A stretch of 64,000 nt of DNA from positions 224,001 to 288,000 of the forward strand of contig CAVYTU010000008.1 of assembly GCA_963771465.1 (NCBI GenBank). The letters run 5' to 3'. Position numbers and translations under genes: made by a program. The stretch is from an uncultured delta proteobacterium. GTDB taxonomy: Bacteria > Desulfobacterota > Binatia > UBA9968. This document shows, in pieces, positions 36,562-45,865 of the stretch; the stretch's first letter is position 1; each line of letters opens with the position of its first letter. A model generated the notes under the pieces. The model saw only the letters and a list, made by a program, of their open reading frames with translations. It searched no databases and was not told the DNA's origin.

Positions 36562-37506
36562 ATGAATGGTGCGCGATCCGTGCTCGATCTAATCGGCTCC
36601 ACTCCCGTCGTCAAACTCCGCGCTCTCGCCGACAAGAATGGCGCGGAAGTCTGGGCTAAACTCGAATCTCTCAACCCCGGCGGTTCGGTCAAAGACCGCA
36701 TCTGTCTGAACATGATCGAGACCGCGGAGCGTCAAGGGAAACTGAAACCGGGTGCCACTATCGTCGAGCCGACCAGCGGCAACACCGGCATTGGACTCGC
36801 TCTGATCGCGGCGGTCAAAGGCTATCAGCTGATCCTGACCATGCCCGATACCATGAGCGAAGAACGCCGTAGCTTGCTGTCAGCCTACGGCGCGCATTTG
36901 ATCTTAACGCCCGACACTAAAGGCATGGGCGGCGCGATTCATAAAGCCGAAGAGCTGCAACAAGAGCATAGCGATTATTTCATGCCGCAGCAGTTCAATA
37001 ACCCGGCGAATCCCGACGCGCATCGCAACACGACCGCGATTGAATTACTACAACAGTTCAAACGGATCGATGCTTTCGTTGCCGGCGTGGGCACCGGCGG
37101 AACCATCACCGGCGTCGGCGAAGTATTGAAGGACAAAATGAAAGGTGTCCGTATATGCGCCGTCGAACCAGCGGCATCGCCAGTGATCTCAGGGGGCGAG
37201 CCCGGCTATCACAAAATCCAAGGCATTGGCGCAGGTTTTATCCCCGCGGTCCTCAATCGTCAGCTTCTCGACGAAATCATTGCCGTGAGCGACGCCGAAG
37301 CGACTGCCTGCACGCGTCGCTTAGCGGCGGAAGAAGGGCTTCTGGTCGGCATCTCATCCGGCGCCGCCTGCTGCGCCGCGCTCAAAGTGGCAAAGACTTT
37401 GGGCAAGGGGCATGTCGTCGTAACGATTTTCCCGGATAAGGGTGAGCATTACTTGAGCACCGATCTGTTCGCCGACAAAAAATGGACGCAAAGTTCGAAA
37501 AACTAA
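36562..37506 (+). CDS. cysK: Cysteine synthase A
   Basis: NPGGSVKDR (PLP Lys), [20 protein letters not shown]. Confidence 0.95.
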   Translation: MNGARSVLDLIGSTPVVKLRALADKNGAEVWAKLESLNPGGSVKDRICLNMIETAERQGKLKPGATIVEPTSGNTGIGLALIAAVKGYQLILTMPDTMSEERRSLLSAYGAHLILTPDTKGMGGAIHKAEELQQEHSDYFMPQQFNNPANPDAHRNTTAIELLQQFKRIDAFVAGVGTGGTITGVGEVLKDKMKGVRICAVEPAASPVISGGEPGYHKIQGIGAGFIPAVLNRQLLDEIIAVSDAEATACTRRLAAEEGLLVGISSGAACCAALKVAKTLGKGHVVVTIFPDKGEHYLSTDLFADKKWTQSSKN

Positions 37507-38294
37507 CCCGCATCCTCTCGGAATCCGATCGCTTGCTCGTGGCATTTTCGGCCGGAGTCGATTCGACATTTCTGCTCAAGGCGGCGAATTTAGCGCTTGG
37601 TACGCGGGCCATTGCGCTCACGGCTTCGTCTGCGTCCGTACCCCCCGGCGAGATCGATGACGCCAAAGAGTTTGCCAAGAGTCTCGGTTGTCACCACATC
37701 GTTCGCGATTCGAATGAATTGGCAAATCCGTCATATCAAAAAAATCCGGTCAACCGCTGTTTTTTCTGTAAGGACGAACTTTATCGAATCTGCCGCGCAG
37801 AGGCGGAGAAGTTGGGTGTAGCGACCATCGTCGACGGCACCAACCTCGACGATCTTAAAGATCATCGTCCCGGCCTTAAGGCCGCCGACGAATGGCGTGT
37901 GCGCCATCCGTTAGTCGAGGCGGAGATGACCAAGGTCGACATTCGCCGTTACAGCCATGAACTGGGGCTACCAACCTGGGACAAACCGTCGAGTCCGTGC
38001 CTTTCGTCGCGCTTCCCTTACGGCACCTCGATCAATCTGGAACGGCTGAAGCAAATTGGCTCATGCGAAATCTTTATGAAGGCGCTTGGTTTCCGCGAGT
38101 TTCGCGTGCGCTATCACGGCGACCTCGCGCGCATTGAAGTCGCTCAGAGCGACATCGATCGGATTTTTGACAAAACCACGCGCGATGCAATCGTGAAGAG
38201 ATTCAAAGAGGTTGGATTTAATTACGTGAGTTTGGACTTACAGGGATTTCGCACCGGCAGCTTAAACGAAGTCTTGCCGAAAAAAACCGTCTAA
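37482..38294 (+). CDS. larE: LarE-family ATP-dependent sulfur transferase
   Basis: PP-loop [35 protein letters not shown]. Confidence 0.93.
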   Translation: MDAKFEKLTRILSESDRLLVAFSAGVDSTFLLKAANLALGTRAIALTASSASVPPGEIDDAKEFAKSLGCHHIVRDSNELANPSYQKNPVNRCFFCKDELYRICRAEAEKLGVATIVDGTNLDDLKDHRPGLKAADEWRVRHPLVEAEMTKVDIRRYSHELGLPTWDKPSSPCLSSRFPYGTSINLERLKQIGSCEIFMKALGFREFRVRYHGDLARIEVAQSDIDRIFDKTTRDAIVKRFKEVGFNYVSLDLQGFRTGSLNEVLPKKTV

Positions 38295-38989
38295 GGCACC
38301 CGCCCATCGCGGATCATCATTTCCGCAAGCCGGACATCTTCTGGCAAGGTAATCTTAAAATTGCTCCGTTCACCTTCCAAGACATAAACCGGCCTGCCGA
38401 ATTGCTCGACGACCATCGCATCGTCAGTAGCTTCCAAGCCTCTGTTTGCCGCCGCTGCGTGCGCCGCAACGATCAGCTCCCGTTTAAAAACCTGTGGCGT
38501 TTGAATCTCCCATAACGAATTGCGGTCTGGCGTGCTTTGAATCAGTCCGCCGCTGCCGACGACTTTGATGGTATCGCGCACCGGCAATCCGGCGACAACC
38601 GCGCCCTTTTCCGCTGCCGCTTCCACTAAACGGTCGATCAGCGCCGCAGAGACAAAAGGGCGGGCGCCGTCGTGAATGACGATAATATCCGCAGCCGCGC
38701 TCACCTTTTCCAAACCCCGCCTTGCAGACTGTTGACGGGTCGACCCTCCGCTCTGCAACACCCATGGACGATTGATTAAGGCCGCATCCCCCCGCAGCAT
38801 CGCATCGCAGCGCTCCAATTCATTTTCAGCAACCACGAGGATGACTTCCTCGACCGCCTTGGCTGCAAACATCCGGTCCAGCGCGCGCAGAACTAATGGC
38901 CGGCCGGCGATTGACAGATACGTTTTAGAAACGTCAGCGCCAATACGTCGGCCCGCGCCAGCGGCAAGAACGATTGCGGTTACATGCAT
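38291..38989 (-). CDS. ispD: 2-C-methyl-D-erythritol 4-phosphate cytidylyltransferase
   Basis: LAAGAGRR, GGSTRQQS, HDGARPF, QTPQVF, TDDA, KIT; directly downstream of carD. Confidence 0.95.
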   Translation of the reverse strand: MHVTAIVLAAGAGRRIGADVSKTYLSIAGRPLVLRALDRMFAAKAVEEVILVVAENELERCDAMLRGDAALINRPWVLQSGGSTRQQSARRGLEKVSAAADIIVIHDGARPFVSAALIDRLVEAAAEKGAVVAGLPVRDTIKVVGSGGLIQSTPDRNSLWEIQTPQVFKRELIVAAHAAAANRGLEATDDAMVVEQFGRPVYVLEGERSNFKITLPEDVRLAEMMIRDGRVP

Positions 38990-39007
38990 GGAAATGCAAC
39001 TCAAAAT

Positions 39008-39039
39008 AAAAGAGCCGAGAGATCGCTCTCGGCTCTTTT
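39008..39039. terminator. Intrinsic terminator after carD (perfect hairpin)
   Basis: AAAAGAGCCGAGAG-ATCG-CTCTCGGCTCTTTT. Confidence 0.85.
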
Positions 39040-39063
39040 GGATCGTCGGTGAACAAGCCCTCT

Positions 39064-39546
39064 TTAGTGAGTAAAGATATGGCGCAGCTCTTCCATAATT
39101 TTTTCTTCTGAATGCGACCGCGCGATCGACAACTCCTTGACCAACAAGTTGCGCGCGGTGTCCAACATCTTTCGCTCGCCAAAGGACAACTCTTTATCGC
39201 CCTTGAGAACAAAGAGGTCGCGTAACACTTTGGCAATTTCCAGAATCGAGCCGGTCTTAATTTTTTCCGTGTATTCCCGGTAGCGGCGGTTCCAAGTTTG
39301 CTGGTCGGCCTCAACTTTCTTTTGCCGCAACACTTTGTAAACTTTGGTAACCATGGCCCGATCGATAATTTTTCTCAGGCCAACCGAATCCACGTTATCG
39401 ATAGGAATCATGATCTTCATATCGGTCTCGAGGATTCGCAGCATATAAAACTTTCGCTCTGTTCCCGAAATCGCGTGGCTACGGATTGCTTCAATCTCGC
39501 CCACACCGTGGGCCGGATAAACTACTTTCTCGCCTACTTTAAACAT
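39064..39546 (-). CDS. carD: CarD/CdnL family RNA polymerase-binding factor
   Basis: MFKVGEKVVYPAHGVG, QTWNRRYRE, LSFGERKM; SD GAGGAGG. Confidence 0.96.
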   Translation of the reverse strand: MFKVGEKVVYPAHGVGEIEAIRSHAISGTERKFYMLRILETDMKIMIPIDNVDSVGLRKIIDRAMVTKVYKVLRQKKVEADQQTWNRRYREYTEKIKTGSILEIAKVLRDLFVLKGDKELSFGERKMLDTARNLLVKELSIARSHSEEKIMEELRHIFTH

Positions 39547-39748
39547 ACGAACCTCCTCGTAAACCGAAGCTTGCGTCGTTTTGTTCGAATTTTGGCCGAC
39601 AGTGACCGCACGAATTGTCAGGCCGGCTGCTGTCAAGAGTCTGAAGAGCTAAGGAACGATTTTGAAGTAGTGGTAAGTGAGCGAACTGAAGTTTTGCGTG
39701 GAGCAATTTTCTCATGCGGCTGTCTTTCAAACCGAAAACCCGAGCACC

Positions 39749-39784
39749 AAAAAAATTAGCGGCCATTTGGTGCAGACCGCTAAT
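39749..39784 (-). terminator. Terminator-like hairpin plus U-tract in the carD 5' leader
   Basis: Minus strand ATTAGCGGTC-TGCACCAAAT-GGCCGCTAAT-TTTTTT. Confidence 0.55.
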
Positions 39785-39806
39785 CCAACGTCAACCTACC
39801 AAATAA

Positions 39807-39836
39807 CTTATACAACGGAGGCCGAGAGGCCGTCAA
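39807..39836 (-). promoter_or_regulatory. Candidate sigma-70 promoter of carD
   Basis: TTGACG-18 nt-TATAAG. Confidence 0.5.
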
Positions 39837-39944
39837 GAGCGGCGCGAATTTCGGGGAAAGAATAATTCTTTCAATGCTTTAGATATGAAATATCGAGGTT
39901 GCCAAGCAATCCCAATTCAGCCTATTTAGGGACGCTGAAAGACC

Positions 39945-40400
39945 CTAATCGATGATCTCTAAAGTCATCGCGAGAGCATCTTCGCCATCGTCTGAATAAT
40001 ACCCCTTGCGAATCCCAGTGATAGAAAACCCAACGGCCTCATAGAGCTTCTGAGCCGGTAGGTTAGACTTTCGAACCTCAAGCATCACACGAGTCGGTGC
40101 TTGGCCTTTCGCTTGGCTTAAAACTTGGCCCAAAAGAAAACGCGCAATACCCTGGCGGCGAAAGTCGACGTGAACTGCGATGTTATGAATGTCGAGCGCA
40201 CCTGGTAACAGCCAGTAAAGCACGTAGCCAACGATGCGGCCATGAACTTCAGCCAAAATCGACCGCGCGCAGGCGACCTGTAATTCTTGAAGAAAAAAGC
40301 CAGTGCTCCAAGGAAAGCGATAGGAGGTACGTTCGATCATCATGACGTCGTCGATATCCGCCATCGTCATGGGCCGAAACCCGATGTTTTCTGCGGTCAC
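39945..40400 (-). CDS. rimI: Ribosomal protein S18 alanine N-acetyltransferase
   Basis: RPMTMADID, NIAVHVDFRRQGIA, LEVRKSN, RKGYYSD..EDALAM; start uncertain. Confidence 0.92.
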   Translation of the reverse strand: MTAENIGFRPMTMADIDDVMMIERTSYRFPWSTGFFLQELQVACARSILAEVHGRIVGYVLYWLLPGALDIHNIAVHVDFRRQGIARFLLGQVLSQAKGQAPTRVMLEVRKSNLPAQKLYEAVGFSITGIRKGYYSDDGEDALAMTLEIID

Positions 40401-40438
40401 AAAAAAGCCGCGGCCATCTTCACTGGCCTGCGGCTTTT
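40401..40438 (-). terminator. Intrinsic terminator after the ferredoxin-fusion gene
   Basis: Minus strand AAAAGCCGC(A)GGCCA...TGGCCGCGGCTTTTTT. Confidence 0.65.
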
Positions 40439-40497
40439 CCTGGTGAACTTTTTTTGCTTTTGGCTCGCTGTCGATCACAACTATTGCCAGACTATCA

Positions 40498-41820
40498 CTA
40501 CGCTTTGACGAGCAACACTTCGAGTAGCTTGTCGTGAAACTGGTGCGCGAAGCCCGTGATACGGTTATGGAAAGGAATGATCGTGGTAAATTCCGGTGGA
40601 AACGCCCCCACACTCGACGAAATCTTGCGCACTTTTTCGTCAACACACTTGCCCTTGACTACAAGCTCCCCGTCTCTGAGAGCCAAGTCATAATCATAGT
40701 CAGGCATTTCATCGGGCAACTGAGCGCGGCTCGCCACACCGATCTCGGGAATCCAGCGTGGGAATTCCATGCGAACCAGAAACGCAGCGCCACGATCCTC
40801 AACCGTGTAAACGTTGCCATAACGCCGTTCGCGTTCGAGCTTGTCGACAAAGCCATCAGAATAAAAACCATCCACCGGGATCGGCAACTCCCGCACCAAA
40901 CCCAAGTACTTTGCGAAAAAAGGTTCGGCCAGCAAACTAAGCGGCACACCGTACAATGACGGAGGGAAAGTCATCTCCTCCGCTGGCTTCGCTTTGAAAA
41001 TACCATCGCGCAGTCGCACAATGCCCTCGACCGCCGCTACGACAAATCCTATCAGAACCCAGATATTGGTGTCGCGGCTAAAGATCGCCTCAGGATTGGT
41101 CAGCACCGCCACTAGGACAATCGCCACAACCGGATAAAGGACAGCGTTGTGAATAATGTTGAGCGCCGTGCTGCCCGCCGCGGTAAACCACGGCGTCTGC
41201 ATCGCAGTCTCGAGTCTCTTTTTGATCCCATGCGGGAACGAGCCGATAATCGGCTGGAGCAAAATAACCGCAAGCCTGGGAAGACCTGTTATCCTACTCC
41301 TACCGGTTGAATATTGATTGGATACTTCCGTAAAACTTCCGGGCACTTCATGGGGAAACGTCTTCTTCGGTGCAGGTTCCTTTTTCGCGGGTATCGGTTT
41401 GGGCGCCACCAGTTGCGGCGGCGGTTTTGCCGCTGCAGGCGCTACCGAGGGCTTCGCTGCCGGCGCGGCAACAGGTACTGCCACAGCCACTTTAGCGGCC
41501 GCAACTGGCGCCTCTGCAGCCGCTAAAACTTCACCCTTGCGAAACCTCGACTGAAAACTGTCACCAAAGTCGGTCTCTTTGTGCAGCTCACGGGCTCGCG
41601 AAATCAAGACCTCTTCGCTCTCGATATTATTGGGGTCAGTGACGCAAACATCGACCGGACAGACCGCTGCGCAAGCTTCGTAGTCGTGGAACCCGACGCA
41701 TTCGGTGCACAAAAGCGGGTCGATGACATAAACCGGATCACCCGCGCTTATTGCGTTATTGGGGCACTCCGGCTCGCACGCGCCGCAATTAATGCAATCG
41801 CTGGTAATCATCGTAGCCAT
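40498..41820 (-). CDS. YfhL-type 2x[4Fe-4S] ferredoxin fused to an Ala/Pro linker, two TM helices and an Hsp20-like domain
   Basis: CINCGACEPECP and CTECVGF..CAAVCP; SD AGGAG. The C-terminal domain call is by eye. Confidence 0.85.
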   Translation of the reverse strand: MATMITSDCINCGACEPECPNNAISAGDPVYVIDPLLCTECVGFHDYEACAAVCPVDVCVTDPNNIESEEVLISRARELHKETDFGDSFQSRFRKGEVLAAAEAPVAAAKVAVAVPVAAPAAKPSVAPAAAKPPPQLVAPKPIPAKKEPAPKKTFPHEVPGSFTEVSNQYSTGRSRITGLPRLAVILLQPIIGSFPHGIKKRLETAMQTPWFTAAGSTALNIIHNAVLYPVVAIVLVAVLTNPEAIFSRDTNIWVLIGFVVAAVEGIVRLRDGIFKAKPAEEMTFPPSLYGVPLSLLAEPFFAKYLGLVRELPIPVDGFYSDGFVDKLERERRYGNVYTVEDRGAAFLVRMEFPRWIPEIGVASRAQLPDEMPDYDYDLALRDGELVVKGKCVDEKVRKISSSVGAFPPEFTTIIPFHNRITGFAHQFHDKLLEVLLVKA

Positions 41821-41921
41821 GGATAAATGCTCCTCATCGATGTCACTTTTTTTTACGTGTTTCCCTCTGGGTTGTCAATAATTTACGCGATTAGTTGAAA
41901 GTCGCGGAACGTTCATGTTAG

Positions 41922-43010
41922 CTACTGCTTCGAGGGCGGCGTACCCAAGTGGTTAAGGGAGAGGTCTGCAAAACCTCGATGCAGCGGTTCGAATCCGCTC
42001 GCCGCCTCCAATTTGCACTTGATATCGTTAGAGATTCCCAGTCCGCGACCTCTTCTCACCAAAAAAATGTTCCGGTTTTGTTCCAAGTTCAGCGGCGAAA
42101 CCGCATTGATCGCCTGTTTCAATTCATTGGAAACGACTTGTTCTTTCGCCCGCGCTTCGTTCACTTGAGCTTCGAACCGTTCGGTCAGCTTCGCAACGGC
42201 CAGCGCTTTGTGTTCTTGGGCGAGGTGCGTGTAGCGGTTAGTCATATTGATGGTCTTGTGGCCTAGCAGTTCCTTCACCGTGACCAAATCCACGCCGGCC
42301 ATGACCAAATGCGAGGCAAAGGTATGTCTCAGGTCGTGGAAGCGGAAATCTTCAATTTCCGCCGCTTTGCAGACCTTTTTGAAAGCATCATAGACGGTTA
42401 CCTTGCCGATCTTGTCGCCCCACGGCCACATAAACAGGTAATCGCCGTACCGGTTCTCCGTCAGCCAGTTCAACGCGTCCCTGGTCGGCTGGTTGATCGC
42501 AATGCTCTTAGGCCGAAGGGTTTTGCTTTGCACGATGGATATCACGGCGCGCTCGAAGTTGACGTTCTCCCACTTCATCGCCAACAACTCGCCTTGTCTC
42601 ATGCCGGTGTTGAGCGCCAACGTCGCCAAGGGTAAGAGCCACGGCGAAGTCACCTGCTTTTCACATTCTTGAAGCAACCGTTGAATTTCAGCGCCGCTTA
42701 GAAACCGGGTGCGCTCGCTGGTGATCGTGAAGCGTTTAACCGCGGTTGCCGGGTTCGTCTTGGTCAGATCCAACTCGACCGCTTTCTTGAACATATGCAT
42801 GATGACGGTAAGGCGCCGGTTCACGGTTGCGAGATTGAGCGTTCTCCCCTGCTCCGCTTTCCACTTTTCAATCTGCCAAGTGGTGATATCTGCCAACGGC
42901 GTGTCACCGAACACTGACGCAAATTCTTCAACGATATACTTTTCCGTTCCCCATCCGCGTTTATAGCCGCCGGCAAACTCTTTGTATTTTTCCGCCAGCT
43001 TCGTGTTAGT
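41922..43010 (-). pseudogene. Tyrosine (phage-type) integrase, N-terminally truncated, with its frame running antisense through tRNA-Cys
   Basis: Catalytic motifs TGMRQGE, HDLRHTFAS, LLGH and RYTH are intact. There is no own start: the frame is fused to ligase-derived sequence upstream (track ORF 41922..43085). Confidence 0.8.
41935..42010 (+). tRNA. tRNA-Cys(GCA)
   Basis: Acceptor stem GGCGGCG/CGCCGCC, anticodon arm GAGGT-CTGCAAA-ACCTC, T-loop TTCGAAT, discriminator U and encoded CCA. Confidence 0.97.
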
Positions 43011-43255
43011 CGGCATTGTCTGGCATGCACGGGTGATCTCTGGGAATCGCTCCGTGAAAGCGTTACCGCGCCGGGACCAGAGCACAACATTGCCCCGGCT
43101 GCCTTTAGCAACGAGGATCGGTAGCCATCAAGTTTGGCCTCATAGCTCCAGGCGGCGCCGTTGGGCAGCTCACGCACGGCTGAGGCAAGCATTGGCTCAA
43201 TGAATGCCGGCTTCAGTGGGAGCGCTGTAGCAACTTCTTTCGTGAGCACAACCAA
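43005..43255 (-). pseudogene. N-terminal fragment of a LigD/LigC-like ATP-dependent DNA ligase, frameshifted
   Basis: FIEPMLA...WSYEAKLDGYR (motif I) in one frame; LWSRRGNAFTERFPEI continues in another frame. Confidence 0.85.
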
Positions 43256-43732
43256 TTAACCTTAACGGGCAGGAACTATCGCCGCAAGCGGGTCAAGCTG
43301 ACTCTGGCGTACTGCTACTCTCAACCCGCCAATGTGATTGAACCGTAGCGTCGTACTGTTCAATCCTCTGATATGCGTGGCGAGTTTGCCGAGCTATACC
43401 GCGGGCTGATACCTGGATAACCCGCCGCATGAGCAGCGTTTGCCCCCGAAATGATTGCAAGGTGAAGCGAGTTAATGGATATTGCAGTCTGATATGACTC
43501 CAATTTTTATGAGGTCCAGGATAACCCGCCGGAAGAGCGAATGTTGAGGCTGGATTTCGTTCTCTTGCGCACAAACCAAATTAGGTCGATTAGCCGCGAT
43601 ATCTCCTCAGTGTCGGCGTCAACGATCACAGTCATGGGTTTAGGATTGGGTCTTTTGGGCATTGTCGGTTGAGCTTCTTTTCATCGTAGAAATGGCCGCC
43701 GATCGGTTCGTCGGTCTTCTTCTCATGAGCGG

Positions 43733-44122
43733 CTAAAATTTTTCAATCAGCCAGGTTACAGCGGACTTTGAATCGTAAAAGGCGGCAACCTTGCAGCCCC
43801 GGTTCGATAGAGAGGCGGCTAGCAGTGTGAGTGGAATGCGCTGCTTCATCTGGGGGGTCGAGACCAAAGCAATTTTGGGATTGATGGGCAATAGGTCGGG
43901 AGTGATTGCACTCACGAAGGCTTTGATGTCCATGGGGTCTAGATCGTAGGTGGCATCGACGAGATCGATCAGCACCTTGGAATCGGAAAGCGACGCGGTT
44001 ATCTTCCCTACTTTGCTAAACATCTGCTTGAATCCATCGATGATGTCGACGAACCCGCGGACGATCAGAATGACGTGATCGCCGCGCTCGGGCCAGTGAT
44101 ATAATTTTACCTGGTAGTTCAT
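43733..44122 (-). CDS. Hypothetical protein (STAS/SpoIIAA-like pattern)
   Basis: SD GAGGAG; KVLIDL...KIALV...FYDSKSAVTWL pattern. Confidence 0.7.
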   Translation of the reverse strand: MNYQVKLYHWPERGDHVILIVRGFVDIIDGFKQMFSKVGKITASLSDSKVLIDLVDATYDLDPMDIKAFVSAITPDLLPINPKIALVSTPQMKQRIPLTLLAASLSNRGCKVAAFYDSKSAVTWLIEKF

Positions 44123-44222
44123 GATTTACTCCTCGCTACCAGATAGATAACGCTCCGCGCGGTTTTGGTCTTGACACTAAACGACAGTCAATTGACACCT
44201 GGAACCAATCGGCGCTAAGGAA

Positions 44223-44504
44223 GTGGCGAAGGAACTCGCACGTGCACGCAAACCCATGATTTCCTTGGCCATGACCAAGGGGCTCGTCGAAGCGATCGCC
44301 GGCAGAGGCGTCAGTCCGGAGCCGATCCTGCGCGAGTTCGGACTCGATCCTTCCAACTTGATCGATCCTGAAGGCTTTATTGCCACCGCAAAAGTGGCAC
44401 TGCTCTTGGAGGAAGCCGCGCGCGCCACCGGCGATGACTTTTTCAGACTGCATTTCGGTGCAGGCTTGCGGCGAGCACCCTCTTCTTATGAGGGTTCACC
44501 TTGA
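44223..44504 (+). pseudogene. Truncated AraC-family regulator (N-terminal ligand-binding part only)
   Basis: GVSPEPILREFGLDP..L.DPEGFI...LLEEAARATGDDFF.LHFG, then similarity is lost; no HTH. Confidence 0.7.
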
Positions 44505-44767
44505 CGATGGTCCAGACCGGAAGCAAACTGTTGCCGAGTTTTTTGCCGAAGCTTCCGTGCCGCCGCAGCTTTTGGCGATTCGAGGACATGATGCGCTATG
44601 TCTAAAAACGGGTAAGAAGTTTAATTTAGAAAGCGATGACCAACTGTTTCTCGTGCCGACAACCTTCGTCGAAAAGCGATTGAGTTGACACCGGGCTTGA
44701 GATATCGCCCCGATCAGAATATAGGCGATATAGATGAAAACGGCGAAATCAAATTCTCTGGCACTCA

Positions 44768-44950
44768 TTGATAGGTGAACGCATGTTCGACTCGGCGGGA
44801 CAAATCAGCGATCGACTATTATTTCTCAGACGACTCCGCGAACTAACCGCAGAGGGGATCGAGCAACAGTTTGCCGATCAACAGCAAGCGTGGAAGCTAC
44901 TGCTCGAAGAAGAAAAACCGAGCGACCATCGAAAGAATCGCGACGTGTAA
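44768..44950 (+). CDS. Short hypothetical protein
   Basis: Plausible composition; AGGTGA before the internal ATG 44783. Confidence 0.3.
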   Translation: MIGERMFDSAGQISDRLLFLRRLRELTAEGIEQQFADQQQAWKLLLEEEKPSDHRKNRDV

Positions 44951-45085
44951 GATCCCGGGAGTTTTCGAGACGGAATTGAATTCTAACGCGTCGCAGGCCT
45001 TGCAACGCCATCGTACTAATTGAACTAAATTCTCCGTCCGTCAAAGGTCGTCACTATCAGCGGCTTACGATACCCGCTGCGCAGT

Positions 45086-45589
45086 TTATGGGGTCCTGTT
45101 GAGCGCCTTGTTAAGTGGCATTTTCTTGACTAACGGATAATCACCAATGATGCGACCTACATGCTTCGGAGCACCATTAGAAACATAGCCGTTACGCTCG
45201 TAAAATGCTTTGGCTGAGATAGTGCTCACCACGTCTATATGATCTTTACCAGAAGCGATCGCGTGGGTCTCTAGCGCCTGAAGCATCCCTTTGCCAATAC
45301 CTCGATGTAATACCTCGGGAAGAACATAATTGAGCATGATTTCACAGCCAGAAATGCTCGCAAAACCGACGACAAGACCTTTACCATTCATCGCCACGAC
45401 GCAATAGGTTCGGTCCGATTCGATCCATCGCTGGACATTGGTGAGCGTCTTATTCTCAAGCCATTGAGCTAGAATCTCTTTATCGTTCTCATAGTATGGG
45501 GCACAGATTTCCGTGATCGAGCGCACCAATACGGAGCATGCTGCTTCAGCGTCCTTTGGAGTTGCCTCTCGAATGGTAGTATCGCCCAA
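45086..45589 (-). CDS. GNAT acetyltransferase, integron-cassette-like
   Basis: IREATPKDA, YVLPEVLHRGIGK, FYERNGY; low GC; the 3' end overlaps an attC-like left arm. Confidence 0.88.
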   Translation of the reverse strand: MGDTTIREATPKDAEAACSVLVRSITEICAPYYENDKEILAQWLENKTLTNVQRWIESDRTYCVVAMNGKGLVVGFASISGCEIMLNYVLPEVLHRGIGKGMLQALETHAIASGKDHIDVVSTISAKAFYERNGYVSNGAPKHVGRIIGDYPLVKKMPLNKALNRTP

Positions 45590-45865
45590 GTTACTGATGC
45601 CTCATAATTATTAAGTAAGCCGCCGTAGCAGTCGACAAATCCGGTCGCCTATCTCCGACTGGACCGCAGCATATTTTGTCCGCACGATTAGAGTCAAACT
45701 TTATAATCGATGTAGGATTGAACTGTAAAGTGCTTCAGCTCAATGGAGTGCGATCCTGCGGCCAAACTAGTCTTTTCCCCTCAACAAATCTGATTCGTCT
45801 TCTAGTCATTAATCCGTTTCGGAAATACGGTCCGCGTGATAAGTCTACTCAGGAAAAGGCGGGCA

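Noticed and set aside
43293-43730. 93-aa ORF and a small hairpin (GATTGAAC...GTTCAATC) within the island
   Set aside because: No SD or motif; probably decayed sequence.
45626-45658. GCAGTCGACAAATCCGGTCGCCTATCTCC as a possible degenerate attR copy of the tRNA-Cys 3' end
   Set aside because: Only a short interrupted match (AATCCGnTCGCC), which could arise by chance. No convincing attR was found.
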